From Longimicrobiales bacterium (GTDB taxonomy: Bacteria; Gemmatimonadota; Gemmatimonadetes; Longimicrobiales; Gaopeijiaceae): DNA of 64,000 nucleotides. The first letter of the stretch is position 1. Every line of letters begins with the position of its first letter. Below the pieces are notes generated by a model that did not search any database, was not told the origin of the DNA, and saw nothing but the letters and a program-made list of their open reading frames with translations. Positions 1 to 9,347 of this stretch are shown here, one piece after another. The stretch spans positions 1,408,001-1,472,000 of the forward strand of contig CBDAON010000004.1 in assembly GCA_965198065.1 (NCBI GenBank), read 5' to 3'. The position numbers and the translations under genes were made by a program.

Positions 1-202
1 CTTAGAGTCGCTTTAGAGAGGCCGGGAGCGACCCCCTGGGGGTGGTGCGAGGTTTGTGAAAACCCGCACCGGCCCACGCCATTATTAGGGCGTTACGCGG
101 TGGGGTCGCTCCCGCCACGGTCGGTGCCGCCCGTGCGGTGCTGACCGGCCTGAACGCGGAAGCGTAAGGTGCGACCGCGCCAGCGGATAACCAGGAGGCC
201 CC

Positions 203-256
203 GTGTGAATCGCTGCCGGGGCAAAGTGTGAATCGACCCCCGGCGTCGTTTTCACA
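203..256. mobile_element. Probable terminal region of an IS21/IS481/Mu-like element (element would extend left, out of the window)
   Basis: Ends in GTTTTCACA (TGT on the minus strand), preceded by two GTGTGAATCG direct repeats 23 bp apart (203-212, 226-235), the pattern of repeated transposase-binding sites. No transposase in the window. Confidence 0.45.
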
Positions 257-369
257 TCCCGCGATCGGCACGGACCTTCATCGGTTGGCCTTCAAGACCA
301 TCCTCCGGCGAGCCAGCTCGAGCCCACGTCGCGAAGCCGGCGATGATCTGTCGGGAGCTCGAGGTCAAG

Positions 370-1656
370 TGATCTACCCCCCTAAAACGAGACCGAGTCC
401 AGTTTTAGAATCTGGACGGGGTCAAGACACGAAAGGGGAGGGCACAATGGCCGCACCAAAGAGGCTGAGTCCGGCACAGATCATCAACCGGCTACGCAAG
501 GCGGAGGTGGCCCTGGCGAACGGCAATACGACCAAAGAGGTGTGGCGAGACCTGGGGGTGAGCGAGCAAACGTACTACCGATGGCGGCGGGAGTACGGGG
601 GAATGAAGCTGAGCCAGGCGAAGCGTCTCAAGGAGCTCGAGGGAAGGAGAACCAACAGCTGAAGCGGGCGGTGGCAGAGCTGACGCTGGACAAGCTGATC
701 TTGAAGGAAGCCTCCGAGGGAAACTTCTAAGCCCCGAGCGGCGCAGACGCTGCGTGGTGCAAGTACGCCAGCGGCTTGGGGTGAGTGAGCGCAAGGCGTG
801 CCGGGTGTTGGGCCAGGCACGCTCGACGCAGCGTCGGATACCGAAGCGAAGCGAAGATGAGGAGGTGCTGAGAGAGGACGTGGTGAAGGTGGCTCGCAGG
901 TTCGGGCGCTGCGGGTACCGGATGGTGACGGGGATGCTGAGGACGGAGGGCTGGGCCGTGAACCACAAGCGGGTGGAGCGGATCTGGAGACAGGAGGGGC
1001 TCAAGGTGCCAAGTAAGCAGCCGAAACGAGGGAAGGCTGTGGCTGACCGACGGTTCTTGTATCCGACTGCGGCCCCTGTACCGACACCATGTATGGGCGT
1101 ATGACTTCGTGGCGGACCGGACGCATGATGGACGGCCGCTCAAGATGCTGACGGTGCTGGATGAGTACAGCCGGGAGTGCCTGGCGATCGTGGTGACTCG
1201 CAGGCTTCAGGCGGACGATGTTCTGCAGACGCTGAGCGAGCTGTTTGCCGAGCACGGTCCACCGGCGAATCTTCGCTCCGACAACGGTCCGGAGTTCACG
1301 GCCCGAGTGGTTCGGCAGTGGCTCGGTGAGCTAGGCGTGAAGACGCTGTTCATCGAGCCGGGCAGCCCGTGGGAGAACGGCTACAATGAGAGCTTTAACG
1401 GCACGCTCCGAAACGAGCTGCTGAAGCGCGAAATCTTCCATTCGCTGGAGGAGGCGAAGGTGCTGATCGAGCAGTGGCGGCGCGAATACAACACGCATCG
1501 ACCGCACAGCTCTCTGGGTTATCGACCCCCGGCCCCCGAAGCGATCCGGCCAGACCCAAAGCTGCTCAACCTACCTCTGCTTCTTGGACCACCCCCCAGC
1601 CAAAAGGAGGTGCTTGGACTAACACTCTAGGTGGTACCGCTTTTGGGGGCAGGTCA
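370..1656 (+). mobile_element. IS3-family insertion sequence (IS407-like), copy 1, 1287 bp
   Basis: TG..CA ends with imperfect IRs (TGATCTACCCCCCTAAAA versus reverse complement TGACCTGCCCCCAAAA), orfA HTH plus orfB DDE integrase, GGGAAAC slippery site at 718-724. Confidence 0.95.
447..1630 (+). pseudogene. IS3 transposase OrfA/OrfB with two extra frameshifts (~640, ~1030)
   Basis: OrfA GVSEQTYYRWRREYGG..ENQQLKRAVAEL; OrfB VNHKRVERIW, YDF, VLDEYSRE, SDNGPEF, PGSPWENGYNES, YNTHRPHSSLGY. Frame breaks beyond the programmed one. Confidence 0.85.
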
Positions 1657-1661
1657 CGTGG

Positions 1662-2045
1662 CTAAGGCCGTGGCCGACCCGCCATCGACTCGAACGTCAT
1701 CGGGATCGCGACCCAGACAGCCGTCGGCGCGCCCTGGTTCAGCGCGGGCGTGAACTGGAACGTTCGCGCGACCCGGAGGCCGGCATCGTCCAGTTGCGGG
1801 ATCCCCGAGCTGTTATTGACCAACACATTCTCCACCGCCCCCTGCTCGTCGATGTAGAACCAGAGGAGGACCGTACCCTCGATGCCGGCGTCCCGGAGTA
1901 GCGGGGGGTACTCCCTCTCCAGCGCGTCGCCGACCTCGGCCCGGTTCCGTAGCTCGGGCGCGACCTCGTAGGGCGTGAAGCCCGGCGCGGCCGAGGTGAC
2001 CGGCCCCCCTTGATCCCGGAACGGCGGTATTGGGCTCGGCCAGCA
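1662..2045 (-). pseudogene. TonB C-terminal domain fragment (not in ORF track)
   Basis: Manual translation: FTPYEVAPELRNRAEVGDALEREYPPLLRDAGIEGTVLLWFYIDEQGAVENVLVNNSSGIPQLDDAGLRVARTFQFTPA..VWVAIPMTF. In-frame TGA at 2048-2046 cuts it off upstream. Confidence 0.85.
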
Positions 2046-2112
2046 TCACGTTCGCTACAAAAGAGGCATCTCCTGACACTGTACTGTAAACCGATATGCT
2101 TCGGTCCCCACC

Positions 2113-2403
2113 TCAGGGTCCCGGGAAGCCCGTGGCCGGTGGCGGTGTTTCTTCGTTCGCTCTGGCCTCGGAAGGAGGAGGTGGACCACGGTTGTCCTTC
2201 TGAGACACTGACGGCGTTTCGATGGCCGCTGAGGCCGAAGGGTCCGCCGCCCTGCGGGCCTTCATCCAATCGGTCAGTGCCCACAGAACTTGCTTCGAAC
2301 CGGGAGCCCGTCGGAGGAGCACCCACCGCGCCAAGCGGGAGAGGGCCCCCCCAGTGAACAAGAAGACCAAGAGGAGCAGCACGAGCTCACCGATCCCAAG
2401 CAT
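2113..2403 (-). CDS. Small membrane-anchored Pro-rich protein, possibly the detached N-terminus of the TonB fragment
   Basis: N-terminal hydrophobic helix then Pro-rich linker, GGAG upstream, same strand just upstream of the TonB domain. Confidence 0.45.
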   Translation of the reverse strand: MLGIGELVLLLLVFLFTGGALSRLARWVLLRRAPGSKQVLWALTDWMKARRAADPSASAAIETPSVSQKDNRGPPPPSEARANEETPPPATGFPGP

Positions 2404-2531
2404 TCCGAATCTCTCCGCTCATTTCGAGGAGGATTACAGAGCGCGGCGCCCATGTAACCTGTTTGCAGCTCACACACGGTACAAGACAGCGACGTCGCGT
2501 CCGCATGCGCTGCGGTCTTCGTCCAGAGCAC

Positions 2532-3818
2532 TGATCTACCCCCCTAAAACGAGACCGAGTCCAGTTTTAGAATCTGGACGGGGTCAAGACACGAAAGGGG
2601 AGGGCACAATGGCCGCACCAAAGAGGCTGAGTCCGGCACAGATCATCAACCGGCTACGCAAGGCGGAGGTGGCCCTGGCGAACGGCAATACGACCAAAGA
2701 GGTGTGGCGAGACCTGGGGGTGAGCGAGCAAACGTACTACCGATGGCGGCGGGAGTACGGGGGAATGAAGCTGAGCCAGGCGAAGCGTCTCAAGGAGCTC
2801 GAGGGAAGGAGAACCAACAGCTGAAGCGGGCGGTGGCAGAGCTGACGCTGGACAAGCTGATCTTGAAGGAAGCCTCCGAGGGAAACTACTGAGCCCCGAG
2901 TGGCGCAGACGCTGCGTGGTGCAAGTACGCCAGCGGCTTGGGGTGAGTGAGCGCAAGGCGTGCCGGGTGTTGGGCCAGGCACGCTCGACGCAGCGTCGGA
3001 TACCGAAGCGAAGCGAAGATGAGGAGGCGCTGAGAGAGGACGTGGTGAAGGTGGCTCGCAGGTTCGGGCGCTGCGGGTACCGGATGGTGACGGGGATGCT
3101 GAGGACGGAGGGCTGGGCCGTGAACCACAAGCGGGTGGAGCGGATCTGGAGACAGGAGGGGCTCAAGGTGCCAAGTAAGCAGCCGAAACGAGGGAAGGCT
3201 GTGGCTGACCGACGGTTCTTGTATCCGACTGCGGCCCCTGTACCGACACCATGTATGGGCGTATGACTTCGTGGCGGACCGGACGCATGATGGACGGCCG
3301 CTCAAGATGCTGACGGTGCTGGATGAGTACAGCCGGGAGTGCCTGGCGATCGTGGTGACTCGCAGGCTTCAGGCGGACGATGTTCTGCAGACGCTGAGCG
3401 AGCTGTTTGCCGAGCACGGTCCACCGGCGAATCTTCGCTCCGACAACGGTCCGGAGTTCACGGCCCGAGTGGTTCGGCAGTGGCTCGGTGAGCTAGGCGT
3501 GAAGACGCTGTTCATCGAGCCGGGCAGCCCGTGGGAGAACGGCTACAATGAGAGCTTTAACGGCACGCTCCGAAACGAGCTGCTGAAGCGCGAAATCTTC
3601 CATTCGCTGGAGGAGGCGAAGGTGCTGATCGAGCAGTGGCGGCGCGAATACAACACGCATCGACCGCACAGCTCTCTGGGTTATCGACCCCCGGCCCCCG
3701 AAGCGATCCGGCCAGACCCAAAGCTGCTCAACCTACCTCTGCTTCTTGGACCACCCCCCAGCCAAAAGGAGGTGCTTGGACTAACACTCTAGGTGGTACC
3801 GCTTTTGGGGGCAGGTCA
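2532..3818 (+). mobile_element. IS3-family insertion sequence, copy 2, 1287 bp
   Basis: Direct repeat of 370-1656 (offset 2162) with about 4 substitutions seen (TTCTAA/TACTGA, CGG/TGG, GTG/GCG). Confidence 0.95.
2609..3792 (+). pseudogene. IS3 transposase OrfA/OrfB, same extra frameshifts as copy 1
   Basis: Near-identical translation to copy 1. Confidence 0.85.
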
Positions 3819-3882
3819 CCCGAGCCCGCAGATCGGAGGGCGGGTTCTCCGACCAGGATCAAGAACGAGGTCCAACAAGACC

Positions 3883-4467
3883 ATGAACCGATCACGCGCG
3901 GTTTCGAATGTGATCCTAGCCGTAGTCTTGTTGGGGTGCGGTGGCACTCTGATCAGCCCAGACCCCGAGGACCAGCCCGACCCGGAGGTATCCCCTGGTC
4001 TGACAAATTTGCTTCGGTTCGATGGGTTGGACGACCGCGTGACCGTGCCATACGATGCGTCGTTCCCGACCGATGTGTTCACGATCGCGGCCGAGATCAA
4101 GCTGACGGCAGCGGCGAGGCGGGCGGCGGTCATCGCTCGCGGCGAGGACGACAACTCGTTCAATCTAAGCTGGCAGTTGTACGTGGCTCCCAGCGGGAAT
4201 CTCGAGATCATGCTCGAAGACTCGAGGGAGAACAACTTCTGCTACCCGCTCAACGACTGCGTACCGCGCGGCTCCTGCACGTTCGGTGATCTGTCGGTCG
4301 CGGACGACATCTGGCACCACGTCGCGGCTTCCCGGACAGCCGACGGCACACTGTCGCTCTACATCGATGGTGAGTCCCGGGCCACATGCACCGGCACAGG
4401 GGTCCCGTCATCGAACAACTTCCAGGTGATGAGCATCGGCTCCACGTTCGGAACCATCGGACCGCCC
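3883..4467 (+). pseudogene. LamG/concanavalin A-like domain lipoprotein, 3'-truncated
   Basis: Lipobox VLLGC, LRFDGLDDRV, WHHVAAS..LYIDG. The F.G.IDE closing strands are absent and the frame reads on as Arg/Pro-rich noise over sucA. Confidence 0.7.
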
Positions 4468-4485
4468 CGGCGCGGCCCGGCGCCT

Positions 4486-4514
4486 TTGCCGCACCGATCG
4501 TCGGGGTCTATCGT
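4486..4514 (+). promoter_or_regulatory. Putative sigma70 promoter of sucA
   Basis: TTGCCG-N17-TATCGT, 8 nt before the ATG. Confidence 0.5.
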
Positions 4515-4522
4515 AGGGACAA

Positions 4523-7483
4523 ATGCCCGAGTCGGTCGATTCGCTGCTCTCCGGTGTGAACGCCGGATTCGTCGCGGAGCTCTACGAGCGGTTCCTTCGG
4601 GACCCATCGTCCGTGCACGAAGGATGGCGGGCCCTCTTCGAGGACCTCCCCGACGACCTAGGGACCGGCGACGGGCGCACCGCCACAGGGACGCCACCGG
4701 CGGAACCCGATGGAGCAGCAGGGCCCGACGGGGCCTCTCCGGCAAAGCCCCGCTCCTCGAACGGCGGACCGCACCCGGGTGTCCCGGAGGCGCCGGCTGC
4801 CCCCGCGGACTCGACGGAAGCGATCCGGGCCGCCGCGTCCCGATCCGTCCGGGCCCGAATCCTCATTCGCTCCTACCGGATGCTGGGCCACCTCGAGGCC
4901 GACTTCGACCCCCTCCGGTTGAAGGAGCGCCAGCAACATCGCGACCTGGACTACCGCACGTACGGGTTCACGAGTGAGGACCTAGACACCCCGATCTTCC
5001 TCGACTCCCATCTCGGGCTCGCGGGGCGGGAAAGGGCGACGCTCCGCGAAATCCTGACGATCGTGCGCCAGGCGTACTGCTCGACGATCGGCGTCGAATA
5101 CATGCACATGCAGGAGGTCGAGGAGCGGGCGTGGATCCAGCGTCGCTTCGAGGAGGTGAACTGGCGCTCCCTGATGGGTCCAGAGCTGATGAAGGCGATC
5201 TATCGGGACCTCGCCTATGCGGAAGGGCTCGAGAGCTTTCTCCAGGTGAAGTTCACGGGCACCAAGCGGTTCGGCCTGGACGGCGGAGAGAGCACCATTC
5301 CCTGTATCGAGCAGCTCCTCGTCACGTCTTCCGCCTTGGGCGTCGAAGAGGTCGTGATCGGGATGCCGCACCGGGGACGGCTGAACGTGCTGGCCCGGAC
5401 GCTCGTGAAGCCGTGTGTCGCGATCTTCTCCGAGTTCCAGGCCGCGCCGCCGAGTCCCGAAGACGTTCACGGATCGGGGGACGTAAAGTACCACCTCGGC
5501 GCTTCGGCCGATCGGGACATCGGGGGGCGGCGCATGCACCTCACGCTCACCGCAAACCCCTCCCATCTCGAGGCCGTGAACCCGGTCGCGCTGGGGAAGG
5601 TCCGAGCCAAGCAGGCGTTACGTGGCGACGAAGCGCGGGAGAAGGTGATGGGCCTCCTCATTCACGGGGACGCTGCATTCGCGGGGCAGGGCATCGTTCC
5701 GGAGACCCTCGATCTCTCCCAGCTCCGCGGCTACAGAACGGGCGGAACGATCCACGTGATCGTGAACAACCAGATCGGCTTCACCACGAACCCAGTAGCC
5801 TCCCGCTCGACCCCCTACCCGACCGATATCGCGAAGGGGCTCCACGTCCCGATCTTCCACGTGAACGGCGACGATCCTGAGGCGGTCGCCCGGGTCGCCC
5901 ACCTGGCCGCGGAGTTCCGGCATTGCTTCAAGCGGGACGTCGTGATCGACGTGTTCTGCTACCGGCGGCATGGGCACAACGAGGCCGACGAGCCCAGTTT
6001 CACGCAGCCCCTCCTGTACCGGAAGATCTCGGGCCACCGGACGACCCGGGAGATCTATCGGGAGCGGTTAATTGGAGAGAGCGTGCTCACCGCGAAGGAG
6101 GCGGATGCGATCGACGCCGACTTCCGCGCCCATCTCGAAGCGGAGTTCGATGCGGCCGCGGACTACCGGCTGAAGGAGCTGGATTGGTTCGAAGGTCAGT
6201 GGGAGGGGCTTTCGCGTCTCGAGGGGGAGGAGGAGCGCCAGGACCACGACACGTCCGTGGATCTGTCGATTCTGAAGACCGTCGGCCGAGCCCTGGCGAG
6301 GATCCCGGACGACGTCCACGTGCACCCCAAGCTCGCTCGGGTGCTCGAAGCCCGCGGACAGACGGTGGAGGAGGGAGACGGAATCGATTGGGCGACCGCC
6401 GAGGCGCTGGCGTTCGGCACCCTCCTGATGGAGGGTACGCACGTCCGCCTCTCAGGCCAGGACTCGGGCCGGGGCACCTTCTCGCAACGCCACGCAGTCC
6501 TGGTCGACCAGGAGGACGAGCGCCGCTACTACCCCCTCTCGGAGATCGCCCCCGGAAAGCAGGCCGCCATCGAGGTCATGGACAGCCCGCTCTCCGAGTT
6601 CGGTGTGCTAGGGTTCGAGTACGGGTACTCGCTGGCGGACCCGCGTGCCCTGGTGGTGTGGGAGGCCCAGTTCGGAGATTTCGCCAATGGGGCTCAGGTC
6701 ATCTTCGACCAGTTCCTCTCCTCGGGCGAGTCCAAGTGGCTCCGGATGTCGGGCCTCGTCGTCCTTCTGCCCCATGGACACGAGGGGCAGGGGCCGGAGC
6801 ACTCCTCGGCCCGGCTCGAGCGCTGGCTCCAGGGATGCGCTCAGGACAACTGGCAGGTCGTGAGCTGCACGACCCCGGCGAACCTCTTCCACGTGCTTCG
6901 GCGCCAGGTCAGGAGGAACTACCGGAAACCGCTCGTCCTCATGGCACCCAAGTCGCTGCTCCGGCACAAGCTCGTGGTGTCCCGGCTCGGGGATCTGGGG
7001 CCGGGCACTCGCTTCCGCAGGGTCATGGGGGAAGTGGACGCCTTCGAAGACGACGCCACGGTCCGGCGCGCGGTCCTGTGCTCCGGCAAGGTGTACTTCG
7101 ACCTTCTGGAGCGCCGGCGGGAGCTCGAGCTGGGGGACGTGGCGCTCATCCGGGTGGAGCAGCTCTACCCCTGGCCGCGTGATGGAATCGCCCGGGAGCT
7201 CTCCCGCTATCCCCGCGCCGAGGTGGTATGGTGTCAGGAGGAACCGGCCAACATGGGGGCGTGGAATTTCGTGATGCGGCGCATCGAGTACATCCTGGAC
7301 GACGAGGCCGGGGGAAGTCGGCCATCCAAACGCCCCCTGTTCGTGGGTTTGCCGGCGTCCGCGTCTCCCGCGACCGGGCACTTGAGGGTTCACCGGATGG
7401 AGCAGGAGCTCCTCGTGGAGCAGGTGCTGACCTGGAAGTCGAAGGACCTTCAGCAGCCGTTCAAGCGCATCCCGGAGCCCTAG
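4523..7483 (+). CDS. sucA: 2-oxoglutarate dehydrogenase E1 component
   Basis: KRFGLDGGE, GMPHRGRLN, GDVKYHLG, TPP motif HGDAAFAGQG, WEAQFGDFANGAQ, GPEHSSAR. Confidence 0.98.
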   Translation: MPESVDSLLSGVNAGFVAELYERFLRDPSSVHEGWRALFEDLPDDLGTGDGRTATGTPPAEPDGAAGPDGASPAKPRSSNGGPHPGVPEAPAAPADSTEAIRAAASRSVRARILIRSYRMLGHLEADFDPLRLKERQQHRDLDYRTYGFTSEDLDTPIFLDSHLGLAGRERATLREILTIVRQAYCSTIGVEYMHMQEVEERAWIQRRFEEVNWRSLMGPELMKAIYRDLAYAEGLESFLQVKFTGTKRFGLDGGESTIPCIEQLLVTSSALGVEEVVIGMPHRGRLNVLARTLVKPCVAIFSEFQAAPPSPEDVHGSGDVKYHLGASADRDIGGRRMHLTLTANPSHLEAVNPVALGKVRAKQALRGDEAREKVMGLLIHGDAAFAGQGIVPETLDLSQLRGYRTGGTIHVIVNNQIGFTTNPVASRSTPYPTDIAKGLHVPIFHVNGDDPEAVARVAHLAAEFRHCFKRDVVIDVFCYRRHGHNEADEPSFTQPLLYRKISGHRTTREIYRERLIGESVLTAKEADAIDADFRAHLEAEFDAAADYRLKELDWFEGQWEGLSRLEGEEERQDHDTSVDLSILKTVGRALARIPDDVHVHPKLARVLEARGQTVEEGDGIDWATAEALAFGTLLMEGTHVRLSGQDSGRGTFSQRHAVLVDQEDERRYYPLSEIAPGKQAAIEVMDSPLSEFGVLGFEYGYSLADPRALVVWEAQFGDFANGAQVIFDQFLSSGESKWLRMSGLVVLLPHGHEGQGPEHSSARLERWLQGCAQDNWQVVSCTTPANLFHVLRRQVRRNYRKPLVLMAPKSLLRHKLVVSRLGDLGPGTRFRRVMGEVDAFEDDATVRRAVLCSGKVYFDLLERRRELELGDVALIRVEQLYPWPRDGIARELSRYPRAEVVWCQEEPANMGAWNFVMRRIEYILDDEAGGSRPSKRPLFVGLPASASPATGHLRVHRMEQELLVEQVLTWKSKDLQQPFKRIPEP

Positions 7484-7950
7484 AGGCCCGAGCCGATTCG
7501 GTTCGCCTTCCGCTCCAGCTCCTCCGGACCGATCGCGCCGAGGTCCAGGGCGAGAAGCCGGTCGACCTTCTCCCGGAGGAGGTCGTGCGCTCGCTCGAAC
7601 GCCTCCGCCTCGCTCCCAGCTCCGACGGGGTCCGCGACACCCCAGTGAGCCTTCCTTCCCTCCCCGAGGGAGACCGGGCAGACGTCCCGTGCGTGGTCAC
7701 AGACGGTGATTACGAGATCCCAGGCGTCTCCGATGACCTCCTCCATCCCCTTGGAGCGGAGACCGTCGGAAGGGACCCCGTGACGGCGAAGCACCGCGAA
7801 CGCGCCCTGGTGCACCCGGCCGGTCGGGTCGGACCCCGCGCTCTCGGGCTCGACCCGGCCCACTCCCCGGTGCCGGAAGAGCGCCTCGGCAATCTGGCTT
7901 CTGGCAGAGTTGCCCGTGCAGAGGACAAGGACCCGAATGGGAAGCTTCAA
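7480..7950 (-). CDS. arsC: Arsenate reductase, LMW-PTP fold
   Basis: P-loop CTGNSARSQ, TVCD..CP, HW..DP. Confidence 0.8.
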   Translation of the reverse strand: MKLPIRVLVLCTGNSARSQIAEALFRHRGVGRVEPESAGSDPTGRVHQGAFAVLRRHGVPSDGLRSKGMEEVIGDAWDLVITVCDHARDVCPVSLGEGRKAHWGVADPVGAGSEAEAFERAHDLLREKVDRLLALDLGAIGPEELERKANRIGSGL

Positions 7951-7991
7951 GGGAAACTCTTCCTTGCCTGGCCGGACGCGTCCGATCTAGT

Positions 7992-8717
7992 GTGGGTCGG
8001 CGGTACCCCGAAGCATGGTCTCCACTCCCCGAGCTCGCCCGCCCCTTGCCGAGCCCCCCCCGCCGCCGCTTCCTCTTCGTTCTGGGGTTTCTGATCTATT
8101 TCGGGGCGCTCTGGTACGCGTGGGAGAGCTTCCTGGTGTATCCGCTCAAGGTGTTCGTGGTCTTCCTCCACGAGGTGAGCCACGGGATCGCGGCCGTGTT
8201 CACGGGCGGGTCGATCCAGCGAATCACCTTGAGCCCTCGACTCGGAGGCAGCTGCTACTGTCCGGGAGGAAACGCCTTCGTCACGCTCAGCGCGGGTTAT
8301 CTGGGAAGCCTCGGTTGGGGAGCCGCAATCCTCGAGGCGATCAAGCTTTCCGGGTCGAAGGTGGCGTGGGTGGTCCGATTGCTCGGAGCGGGCGTCGTCC
8401 TCTCGACCCTCCTCTTCGTTCGAGGAGCGTTCGGGTTCGCATTCGGCATTCTCTTCGGGATCGGTCTGATCCTCGCGGCCCGCCACCTCTCCACGACCGT
8501 GAACCGGATCATCCTCACAGGGCTCGGGCTGACCAGCTGCCTGTACGCGGTGCTGGACATCAAGTCCGACATCCTGGATCGCCCCGAGCTCCAATCGGAC
8601 GCCCGCATGCTAGCCGAGCTCACCGGCGTCCCCACACTGGCCTGGGGCATCCTCTGGATCACCGTCGCAGCCTCCGTCTCGGCGGTGCTGCTCCTTCGCG
8701 CCTATCGTTCGGCGTGA
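7992..8717 (+). CDS. M50B-family membrane metallopeptidase
   Basis: LHEVSHG (HExxH), AGYLG, SDA motif, multiple TM helices. Confidence 0.85.
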   Translation: MGRRYPEAWSPLPELARPLPSPPRRRFLFVLGFLIYFGALWYAWESFLVYPLKVFVVFLHEVSHGIAAVFTGGSIQRITLSPRLGGSCYCPGGNAFVTLSAGYLGSLGWGAAILEAIKLSGSKVAWVVRLLGAGVVLSTLLFVRGAFGFAFGILFGIGLILAARHLSTTVNRIILTGLGLTSCLYAVLDIKSDILDRPELQSDARMLAELTGVPTLAWGILWITVAASVSAVLLLRAYRSA

Positions 8718-8909
8718 GCGGCTTGGGCTCCCCGCCTGGGCCGTCCGTGGACCGGTCCGCCGGCCGGCCGTGTGAGCCGTCCGCGAGCCGCCCGTCGGCC
8801 GTCCACCTTGCGCTCGAGCGCTCCCGAGCGGATCGTGCGCAAGTGTGGATGGAGGACCCAGGTCGATCCGGAATGAACCGCTGAAAGAGTGCGACGCTGA
8901 GGAGATCAT

Positions 8910-9296
8910 ATGAGCGACGAAGTGGTCTTCACCGTGCGGGAGCTGGACATGATGAGCGTCCTGTGGAAGCTAGGGTCGGGCACGGTTGCCGAGGTTCGTG
9001 AGCAGCTCCCCTTCCGGCCCGGTTACACATCGGTGCTCAAGTTCCTCCAGATTCTCGAGGAGAAGGGACACGTTCGGCACGAGCAGGAGGGTCGGGCCTA
9101 CCGGTACTTCCCGACCGTTGCGCAGGAGGACGCGGGTCGCACGGCGCTCGGAAGGATCGTGAACAAGATCTTCCACGGGTCCGCAGAGCTGACGCTTGCG
9201 CGTCTCGTCGAGGAGCGGACGATCCCGAAGGACGAGCTGCATCGGATGCTGAAGATTCTGGAGGAGCTGGCCGAGCAGGACCCCGAGGGTGAGTAA
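8910..9296 (+). CDS. BlaI/MecI/CopY-family repressor
   Basis: RELDMMSVLW, TVAEV, YTSVL..L..LEEKG, GRAYRY. Confidence 0.92.
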   Translation: MSDEVVFTVRELDMMSVLWKLGSGTVAEVREQLPFRPGYTSVLKFLQILEEKGHVRHEQEGRAYRYFPTVAQEDAGRTALGRIVNKIFHGSAELTLARLVEERTIPKDELHRMLKILEELAEQDPEGE

Positions 9297-9347
9297 GCCG
9301 AGGCTTGACCCTCCGGTGTTGAGCCGGTCTTCCCAGAGCGATGTGAG

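Noticed and set aside
3793..4977. 394-aa ORF as a complete gene
   Set aside because: Starts inside the IS end and its last ~170 codons are out-of-frame sucA sequence
8735..8845. Short GCCGTCC-like repeats and inverted repeat upstream of blaI
   Set aside because: Degenerate and explicable by GC content; no BlaI-type TACA/TGTA operator seen
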